Of a stretch of 64,000 nucleotides of DNA, positions 34,401 through 44,755 are shown piece by piece. The position numbers were made by a program, and so were the translations under genes. How positions within the stretch are numbered: position 1 is the stretch's first letter; every line of letters starts with the position of its first letter. Below the pieces are notes generated by a model. The model did not search any database. It saw only the letters and a list, made by a program, of their open reading frames with translations, and was not told the origin of the DNA. The DNA lies in assembly GCA_946965045.2 (NCBI GenBank), contig OX337236.1, forward strand, positions 2,852,001 to 2,916,000. Reading direction: 5' to 3'. This stretch comes from Epithemia pelagica. Lineage: Eukaryota > Protista > Bacillariophyta.

Positions 34401-37150
34401 CTCTTGGAGTGTGGATGGCGCCGGACGGATCGATGGAGGCCGAGTTACAGTACTTGCGTTCTAAAGTCAAAGCATGGGTGGACAAAATCCGTGTGCGTCA
34501 CTTGCCCCACCATCTGGTATGGCTGTCTCTCCGGACGGGAATCTTTAAGACCTTAGAATATCCCCTTGCGGCAACGACATTCACCCCGCTGCAATGCCGT
34601 GAACTGTGTGTGCCGCTGCTACAAGTCGGTTTGAGCCGATCTCACATCGTTCGGTCAATGCCACGGGATGTGGTCTACGGTCCAACCGAGGCAGGCGGTT
34701 TTTCCCTACCCAACCTCTACGTGGAACAGGGCCTTGCTCAGCTGACAGCATATCTTCTTTTTGGCCGATCTTCCTCGAGCATTACAGGTTTTCTTCTGCG
34801 AGCCTCGCTGGAGCACCTCCAGCTAGAAGTTGGAACATCGACCATGCCTTTGTCGCTCCCGTACCGGTCCTGGTCCAAGTCCGCCGTCCCATCGTGGCTT
34901 CAATCATTGTGGCTGTTTTGTGATACCTACGCTATCAAACCTCCTACTATCTTAGCTCCGCCCTTGTTACTCCGATCCGGTGACCGCTATCTGATGGATG
35001 CCTTCTGGCAAAATGGAATTCGTAACCCAGACTCGTTGGCACGCCTCAACCACTGTCGGCTCTTTTTACAGGTACTCACCTTAGCCGATATTGTGTCGGT
35101 CGACGGACGCTACGTTTTGCTGGACGCCTGGACCGGTTCCTCCCCTTGCGGTCGACGCTCACGCACGGAGACTTGGTCACGTGCGCCTCCGGCACATGCA
35201 CTCGATTGGTCTCTCTGGAGGCGCTGTCTCAGCTCTACCTTCGGGGTGGATCACCAGTTTCGACGCCTGACGTCTACCCTGGGAACGTGGTTCTTTCCGC
35301 CGGTTCGGGAAACTCTTTGTTTCTACAGTGCCCGGGACAACCGTGTGTTTGTGCCCAAGTCTATGGATCAGTGGCAACTGCTGACAGCCGTTCCGCATCG
35401 ACGTGGCCGACGGCGCTTCCAACCTGCTCCCCAGTACCTATCCTTTGGACAATTGGCGCTCCAGTCCCCGCTATTCCCCGCCGACGTGGTCCTCTCCAAT
35501 TCCCCCTTCGCAGTTCTCATGGGGCACGAATCCCAGGTGTTTCGGTTTCCTCTGGCCTTTCCCCGTCGCGCTCCCTGCGTGGTACTTGATTGGGCCTCCC
35601 CAGAACTCACTCCCTTTACCCAGGTGTGGTTTGACCAACCAGCTTTGGCGACCTTCGAGACATTGCTATGTGCGGTCCAGGACGGTCGTTTTGCGGCGGT
35701 CACGGATGGTTCCGCCAGGGCTGGCCTGGAAGGCACCGCAGCGTGGTGTGTCGCTTTCGACCCTACGACGGTCGCCCATCTGTCCGCTGGTTTTCGTATC
35801 CCTGGTCCCCCCAGCTCCCAATGTTCGTTTCGCAGTGAGCTAGCCGGCCTTTTGGCTATCGCCCGATTGCTTCGGGCCTGTACTCGGATAGCACCGACAC
35901 TCAGCGGCACCATTCACTTCCGCACCGACAGCCAAGCTGTCCTGGACAAGATTTTCAACTTTCCGCGTCCAGCGTCCCTGCGGGACCATAGCTGGGACCT
36001 CGTATCTCTTACCAGAGTTACCCTTGACGCAATGCCTTCCATTGTTTGGCGGACACGCCACATCAAGGGCCACCAGGATTCCTTGACAAGCGGACCCCTG
36101 GACATCTGGGCCCGCCGCAACATTGCGGCCGATGAACGGGCGGAGCAAGTCTATCATCAAGTCCCGATGGACCACCTTCCCACTTTTCCTGAGCCTCCCC
36201 TTCCCAGTTGTGCGATCGGCCTCCACGAGGTGGTGCACGACTTAGCCACGCAACTGCGCCGACATGCACTCACGCCCCCACTTGTCGCACACTGGACCCG
36301 GCTTGGCAGGTTTGGTAGTGCGTCACCTGATACGGTGGAATGGACATCATACTCTAAGGCCCTCTCGTACCTCACTCAAGCACGACGCCACTGGATGATC
36401 AAAGCGACGGCGGAACGTTCGGCCGTCGGTGTGGAAATGGTTCGACGACGGGCGTGGCGAACACCCGTCTGCCCACGATGTCAACAAGCAGTGGAGACGG
36501 CCGCACACGTCTTTGAATGTCCCCATGTCGAAGCTCGGGAACGGTGGACAACCGCACTGGCGCGACTTGACCTTTGGCTCCAAGAACACCACACACAACC
36601 TAATGTTCGACGTTGCATTCTTCAAGCACTTCGACGCTGGCTCGATCCGACGGTCGTGGCTATCACTCCGTCCGTCACTACTCCCTCCTTGGCACAGGCT
36701 CTCCAGGAACAAGAGTCCCTCGGCTGGTCGTCGATGATTTTTGGTTTCTGGTCGACCGCATGGGCGGAGGCCCAAGACAATTACTTCCGCTTCCTCGGCA
36801 AACGAAACTCCGGGCGGCGATGGCTTGCTCTCTTGATTGTTCAGCTCTGGGATACGGCCTGGGATCTGTGGGAACACCGTAACGGTATTTTCCACGCCCA
36901 GGAGGCCGCCAAGGCTCTCGAATCTCGGCAAACGGCCATTCGAGAGATTTATGCTGCACCTCCACCGCTCCTCACTCCGGCAATGCAACTGCTCCTGCGA
37001 CGCCCCTTGGCCCAACGGCTCACCGAGTCTCAACGCATCCAGGAATTGTTTATTCGCCGATTTACCACACACCGAACCACAATACCGGTCCGTCGACTTC
37101 GTCTCCAACAGACTCGGTTCCGACAATTCTTTCGTCCCCGATCGTCTTAA
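31434..37150 (+). pseudogene. LINE ORF2 (endonuclease-RT-RNase H-CCHC) with one frameshift
   Basis: APE motifs LCLTEMN, SAYRP, MDANE, RPID, GDHRP; RT motifs EQYGSRK, GIGQGNG, AFVDDTDL; RNase H motifs VTDGS, RSELAG, TDSQAV, IKGHQD, NIAADERA; CPRC..ETAAHVFEC. Restoring one T near 33776 gives LCSNDAKSCYDRIVH. Confidence 0.92.
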
Positions 37151-37356
37151 TCATTCGGCGGAATATCCCCTGGCACTTCGTGCCACATTCAATTCATCCT
37201 ACACGTTCCACCTCCCACGTTTTTATTCTTGTGTCCCTTCTCCACTGTCCTTGATGGTCGACTTAGCCCGGCGGGACAAGGTCCCCTTTGGTTACACTAA
37301 GCGACGTTAAAGCCTTAGGCAGTTCTTAAGAACTAATCAATGCGTTATTTATTTAT

Positions 37357-39592
37357 TTAACCCTAACGGTATTGCGATGCAAGGATGAGACAGTAATCTT
37401 GTTGTCCGCTAATCGTGAGAGCTTGGGAATGTGATCATTGGTGACCAGTAAAATGTGATGCTTTTCACGCATCTTCTTCAGACGCTTGGAAATAAAGACT
37501 ACAAAGTCATCAGTAACTCCAGCAAACGGTTCATCTAGAATGATGAGAAGTCCCGACTGGTTGGCTGTGCGTTGAAAGAGCAACTCAAACAGTAACAATT
37601 TCCGTTGCCCTCCTGATAAACCCGGTATGAATTCTCCTGCCATGGTTCCACCCACTTTGATCGTGGAGGCCGTTTCCTACTTGACGTAGAGTTCCCAAAA
37701 GGGCAACGTGGTTGGATCAAAGTTGGGTATTTTGCGAACTGGAATATAGGGCCGCATGGTATGGTGTTGTCGAATATAAATGCATGGATGTCTTTGATAC
37801 AGATCATTCACCAATGTGGTTTTGCCCGATCCAGAACTTCCAACTATGACCGTAATGGTTCCAGAAGTAGATGAACAAGTGGACTCGTCGTGATGTCGCT
37901 CTCTAGTAGGTCCAGACGACACCAGCTGTGGCTGGACTAGCGGTATTGCGGATGAGTCTGAATTATCGCCTCCAGATTCCTCCTCGTCAGTGCGTCTTTT
38001 TCTTTCATACAATTCACGCTGAAGCTCTTCGAGCAGTTCGATATTCCCATTTTTTGTTCTTGTCGTGGCCATCCCTCCTGTAAGTCCTTCACCCCTGACA
38101 ACTCGTTCTTCTTGCTTGTTCTTGCCACAGATCTTACGGGTAACTTCCGGCAAGAGATTAATAAACAAGATCACAATCAGGCCAATCATTGATGATAGAA
38201 ACATCAATGGAATAATCCAATCATCTTCCGGGCACCCTTCCATGACATTTTCAACACCACACCGGGAAGAATAGAAGACAGATAAAACCGTGGGAACAAG
38301 TACCTGAGACCCTTTACCCCATCAAAGCCGGATCCAGGACTGAACGTCGTGCTAAACAGCAACGACAAGACAAAGGGGATGCCACCAATCATTTGTACCA
38401 TATCCAAACTCCAACTGGTAAAAATTCCTCCGTACGCGAAAAAGAGCGCCGAAGAGAAAATATCGGTAAACATTCCAACCCAGACTCCCACTTGCGTCAA
38501 GCTCCCGTCCCGAATAACAATGGTGGTAGCTCCAAATTGCACAGCAGTGGCAACTAGAAAAAGCAAGAACACAACGATGCTCTGAAGCATGCGATAAAGG
38601 GAACAGGAGTGGTGCATCAGCGCTTCGGCTTCAGCTTCCATGGCATTGCGCCAGTCTACCAGGGACATGAGAAAGGGATTGACAGTCTGAAAACACAAAA
38701 CAGTTCCCGAGGTATGGACCAACACGGACAAGTCAGAATTTGAGTCCCAAAATGAAAGTACAAACAAGGCATAGGTAGCGATGACCAATGCTGCAACGTC
38801 CCTCCAACTTCTGTTTGACAATATTTCGATATCCCAACAAAACAGGAAATCCTCGTCCGTGACTTTGAAATCAGTGGCTTCGCGTCGCAGGCCATTCAGA
38901 AAAGCTTGAATCACCATTTCTCGATTGACTTTTTCTCGATCGTTCAAGGTGACAACAGAGCGTTTCACGGCTGATATAACAACCACATTGTCGGCCAACC
39001 GAAGGAGTGCTTCTTCATGATCATTAGTAACCACAAGAATATCATGCGTCTTTTGCATTTTCACCAGCCTCTTTAGGAAAAAAGGCACAAAGTCTTCGGT
39101 TACACCTGCAAATGGCTCATCCAGCAAAATCAACAAGCCGGACTTGTCCATTGTTCGTTGATAAATCAACTCAAAAAGGAGCAATTTCCTTTGTCCGCCT
39201 GATAGACCGGCCGTAAACTGACCGGCCATGGTTCCTCCCACTTGAATGGTCAAATCTTTTTCCTCATCCACATACGTGTTCCAGTATGGCAATTCCGTTG
39301 GATCAAATTTGGGAATTTTCGAAACAGGAATATAAGGTCTGATGGAATGGAATTGCCGAATGTAAATGCATTACCTTCGCTGTCGTTGACGTCGTTCATG
39401 AACGTGATTCAAAAAGGTTGTCTTGCCCGATCCTGAACTGCCAATCACAACTGTTAATGTCATCGTGTTGTGTTACGCAAGTATTTGTGCGATGAGGACA
39501 TCTTTTGGAAAGCATTTTATTGTGTTCTGACCACTTTCTCCTCCTGAGAGGATGGTTTCCAAAGAAACAGGCTTGCCACAAGCACAAATCAT
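37357..39592 (-). pseudogene. ABC transporter pseudogene, piece 1 of 4 (NBD1-TMD1-NBD2)
   Basis: Two Walker A (GSSGSGKT), two signatures (LSGGQRK) and two Walker B (LLDEP/ILDEP) motifs. Lesions: TAA at 39371-39373, a 5-bp duplication frameshift at 38254-38263 and TAG at 37677-37679. Confidence 0.9.
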
Positions 39593-40733
39593 ACGACAAT
39601 GAATGAGAATGAATGGATGAATGAGAAGCCAATGCGAACGCTTCCATCATCCACAGAGGGGGAGAACCGTTGAACTCTCAAAAAATGAGAAACACGCGAG
39701 TTGACGATACTGCGCATGCCTGCTTGCGAAAACACCAAAGGGGGCTGTTCAAGAAATGGTAGTATGCGCAAGCCAGCCTCACAAGACCAAAAGGTACTCG
39801 TATTGATTTAAATTGTCAAATTTATCAAGACCAAAACAACACCGATGCAAAACGGCAACTCTCTCAAGGCTCGACGGCCCCATTTTTTTGTTTCCCCAAG
39901 CGCAGTGCGACAAAACCTTATCACTCTCCGTCTCTCCCTCTCTATACTTGGATGGCAGTCCGTAGAGATTGGTCGTCGGTTGTGCTCCGTTCCAAAGAAG
40001 GAATCACCCGTCTGTGTGTTCGAGCATGGTCTAGCGGGTGTCAAATGTACAGTGGCTTGGTCACACGAATAATGGTGATGAATGAATGGACAAGACGAGG
40101 AACAACACATTTTACAGAACTGGCTGGAAACTTGAATAGTTCGTCACAACGCTTCAGGATGCAGTAATATGAAACTAGCAAATTATTCTTGATTCATTCT
40201 GGTGATTCTCCCAGAGAAGCAGCCTCCAGGAGCATGCATGCTAATAACCTACGTATTGCCGACAAAGGAAAATGAAGGAAACGACAACCTGGGAACAGCA
40301 ACGAGATGGTACAAGCGAAAATGATAGTGTGTGTGTTGATCCGTGCTGTATTTCTATTTGAACATGTAAAATATGGAAGGCAAACATGATGGGTAGCAGC
40401 AGAGTGTGTGCTGTCGAGTGGAAAATGGTTCCATACTTGCTTGGCAAGAGAAAATGGCCTCGAGTGGTGGATACCTCCCACTGGGCTTTATCACAAGAAA
40501 CGACCGAGCCCACTCCGTCCGGTAATAGGCTTGCCCAATTAGATCTTGTAGTCGTCTTCGTTGTTGTTGTCATGGTCGCGTGTCTTCTGGAGGTCACTCC
40601 AGTAGAAGGAATCTCGAAGTAAAGAACAAGAACCTGACAAAACACGCACAAGGAAAACTTGGTGCGGGTTCGACAAGCGCCAAGCCTCGTGCACACCCGT
40701 GTTGGCTTGGTCCAGGGAAAAAAGTCACCGTGT

Positions 40734-43538
40734 TCACGAGGGCGGCTGTCCAGGCGATCCTTGGGGAGGCGGCGGCGGCGCGGGTCCTTGCGACGACGAG
40801 GAGGAAGGAGGGGCTTGGTCGGCAGTGGTGGTATTCGTCGTCGGGTTGCTTCCTGGTCCCGTGTTGGTGGTGGCGGTGGGTGGCAAGACGATGCGTTGTC
40901 CAATCAAGAGTTGGGTTTGCCAGACCGACTGGGCGGTGGGTCCTCGTACCGTCACGACGCGATTGCGAGTTCCGGGAATGAATTCGCCTCGTTGACTAAT
41001 CCAAATCCGTGTCCCGGACATGAGTTGGAGTTCGTTCAAGGTCCGACCAGCCCGTCCCAATATAGATCCAATCATGGAATCGGGAACGGCAATTTGAGCT
41101 TGAAAGGCATTGGGACCCATGCACGTGGGAGCTACGGGAATAAGGTAACTGTGATTGGACGAACCTGTCGGAGGAGAGGCCGTGACTTGAGGAGGTTGTG
41201 GTGGTGGAGGTTGTGGTGGTGGAGGACTGGGCTTGTTGGAACTGGGACTTTCACCCACCATGTCGTGGACCGGTGTATAGTGGATCGGTTGTGGATCCAG
41301 CTGTGCACCAAACAAGTCCGGCGCCGACGAAGAGTGCGTCATTCCAGGAATTGTATGGTGTTGCTGCTGCTGCAAGGCATCGGGATCGTCCATGCTGGTG
41401 GGTGGAGGAGGAAAACTGGTATAGGGCAGTGGCCGTTCATTCCCGGGTGATGGAAAGGACGCTGGCAAGAGTGGGGGAGAAAACACCATTTCGGCGGACG
41501 ACAAAGAGGTACCCTTGTAATCGTAGGGTGGAGATGGATCCTGTGGTACGTCAGCGTCGCGTTCCACTATCTCGGGCATGGGCAGCATGCGTTTGGGAGT
41601 CAAAGTCTTTCCAGCGCCCGAAGACGAAGATCCCAATTTGGCCGTTTGGGCCGGGTGTGATGGTGGTGGTGCCGCCAAGGGTTGCGCATGGGGCGGTGGA
41701 AGCGGTTGCGGATAGGCCGCACCCGCAATCGACGGTGGTGGTGGCATGCCGCCCGTCGTGCCTGGAAACATCATGGCCGGAACATCAGGAAATCCACCCG
41801 AGGACGACAACAACATGTCTCCACCGGGAGGTGGTGGTGACGTAATGGGAGAGGGAGCAGTGGCCGGTCCCGATCGACCCGGTTTGCGGGCATAACTCGT
41901 CGTCATGTTGAGATAGCGCGACACATCGGGGTGGGACATCATGCCTTCAAAAATGAGCATGGTACATTGGAGACAACTGTCCAGACTGGGTCCGGTAATG
42001 GTCAAGGCTCGTTCCGACGCGGCACCCGGCAGGGACTCGGCGTACAGGGGTGGTTGAGGTAAAAGAGGTGCTTGTTGTTGCTGCGAATCCTTGGGTGACA
42101 ATCGGACCGACACGACCCCTGTCGTTTCCTCGAGATACTTGATGTTGGAGCCTGCCTTGCCAATAATCATGCCACAACTAGAACTGGGTACCAGCAATCG
42201 TACCACAAAACTAGGACTCGTTCCTTCCGTAGATGGCACTACTGCTGCGGCTGCCGCCATGCCGGGTGGTGCTGCAGCTGGTTTGGGTTGCAACTGCCAG
42301 GGCGGAGGAGGATTCGTGGTGGGTGGTGCAATGTTGGTCGTCGTCGGAGGAGGAGGATGGGCTGTCACGGGTGGAGCCGCCGTTCCCGGAGCCGCAGCTC
42401 CACTTTCTTGTTCGTGCAAGACATGCATCCGTTCCAGCAACAATCGAAGGGCCGTTTTGATGTGGCCCGGTTCACCTTGGACCAAACAGACGCGATCGTG
42501 CGTGCCCGGAAAATAATCGCCCGATTGACTCAACTTGATACGGGTCAAGGACCGCGATTGCAATTCCGAAATGGTCTGGCCTTGTCGTCCAATAATGGAC
42601 CCGGCCACATTATTGGAGACCAACAGCTTAATGGCCACCGGATATCGACCCGTATTAGGATTCGTGTTGTTGTTGTTGTTACTGGTGTTGTTAATGTTGT
42701 TGTTCGCATTCGAGTGGTATCGTCCGTTTTCGTACATAGTATCGGCGGGGTACCGTCCTCCACCACCATGGTTCAAGGGAAATCCTCCCTGTAGGGGATG
42801 ATGATGATGATGATGATGATGGGGTGGGAGATCAGGAGCATGGGGAAACCGAAGGACCGTGTTGCCACTGTTCGAAGGATCTCCACTCTCTCCCGCACTG
42901 GAAGGACCTCCCGACAGGGAGGGTGCACCGGAGCTGCTTCCCGATGTGGTGGTCAAGGTAGCCGTGGTGGAGGAACCAGGAGGACTTTCGGAATCGGCAA
43001 TCGAAGAAGGAGGACCCGAGGCGAGGGGGCCTCGTCCAGTACTGGCCGCCGATCCGCCTCGTGGAGGAGAAAAGGCTGCCGCACTCTTGTTCGTCGTCGT
43101 CGATGTGGTCGTGCTAGTCTTCACTCCCGAGTGACCTACTAACAGGGAAGAGGAGGAGGATCCTTCTCCTCCTCCACCGCCATGCCGTATCGAGGTCTTG
43201 CTCTTGGTCTTGGAATCTCTTCGTGCCTTGGTATTGCAAGTCGCAGCCGAAGTGGAGGATGATGGTGCAGCAGTGTCGGTGATTTCATGGATCCCTAATG
43301 ATTGGTCTGCCCCTCCTCTCTAGAGAGATTGGCACCAACAAAAACGATGAAGGAAAAACAACAAGGTCATTGTCAATTGCATTAGAAGAATCAATGAGGA
43401 GTGAATTGCAGGAGACCACGGCATACAAGTTGGTACTCCCATGACAAGGACTCTCCCGTACTGGTTGGTACCAAGAAAGAAAGAGATGGAGAGACACACA
43501 TATTATATCTGTACACTACTCACCTCGGTTTTCTCCAT
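40734..43538 (-). CDS. Triple KH-domain RNA-binding protein (NOVA/BTR1-like)
   Basis: Three KH domains with GxxG loops (IIGRQG, IIGKAG, ILGRAG). A predicted first exon MEKTE (43538-43524) and a GTGAGT..TAG intron (43523-43320) put the open frame above ORF 40734-43124 in phase. Confidence 0.9.
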
Positions 43539-44755
43539 CGGTAAGATGTGGAATGGAAAAGAACGAGCTTGGTTGTAGTAGTGGTGGCAGTGGTACAGAG
43601 AATGATCGACGGTGAGCTAGTTCTAAGGACAAAACTATAACTCATACCGGAAGACTGTAACAAAATCGAAATACAGAGAGGAACAGCAACAACAGGTATG
43701 AGAAAAGACCCACCAAACCGCAAGCAATGCCAAGACTTGCCCCTTTCTCATCAAGATCCAAAACAAACGAGCCTGTCGATCCTACAGGTCTTCTGGCACC
43801 TGCTCTATTCACTCGCCAAACCACACTCTACAACGTACCACACCAAGATGACAGATGATAGGTTACAACACAAAGACAATAAGGGACGATGCTGCTCTTT
43901 TTGTTGCGGATCTTTGTGCAATCATTTGGTTGTTGCCCCTTCCATTGCCTCCATACTATTGCTGCACAGAGCGTGTGTAGGTGTAGCATGTTTCCCCATG
44001 CGCATGTAGGTTGCCCTGCTGTTTGTTGGGAATGATTGTGTGACGTACGCAGAGACTGGAGTCTCTCCAACGTCACCAGTATCCCAAGCGTTCATGACTC
44101 TTTCTATTTTATGATTATGTGATCATCTTTCCACTCAGTTACCGCTTTGGATGTACTAAAAGATCGCGCGACCGAGAAGAAGGACGGCTCGTAGAGAATG
44201 TCGGCGCGCTCGACAACAGATGCGAAGACACCATCACTGCCTACGTAGCGTACTATAGCGTCAAGAGTACATTGCAAGGTTTTTTCTCGTGGGGCCGACT
44301 TTTTTAGTTCCGGATGACGGCTACCCTCACTACCTGCTGTCGCACGTTCTCGCACGTTCTTGGGAGAGGCAATCCATTGGACGTGCAGCCACATTAGCCC
44401 GCAACCTTAGTATGGTGTATGAAGCGACGTTGTTCCTTGTCTACACATTTCTATCGTTCGAGACATTGTCTTTCACGACTTTACTTCTGGTCGGCACTCC
44501 CCTATCTTGAAGAGTTCAATCGTTCGAGAAAGAATCCGATGGGAGTTTCGTACCGGATCATCTTTTCTCCTCCGATCGTGCATGGACGAACCCCGCGGAA
44601 TGGCGCAACCTATTGCTGGGTGAACTACCTCTAGAGACAAGTCGTTCCAAGAAAGAATTCTATAGGTTTACGTAGTACAGTCATGGAGAATACTAGGTAG
44701 ATTGGAAGCCTACCTTCACCTCGACTCTCGGACCAAGAAAGCAAGTGGGAGCAAC

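Larger units (their letters stand above)
28556..37356 (+). mobile_element. Full-length non-LTR retrotransposon (Ambal-like LINE, 8.8 kb)
   Basis: 19-bp TSD TTAACCCTAACGGTATTGC (28537-28555 and 37357-37375), (TATT)n 3' tail, and ORF1 plus ORF2 with APE, RT, RNase H and zinc knuckle. The clade name is inferred from host group and domain layout. Confidence 0.93.
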
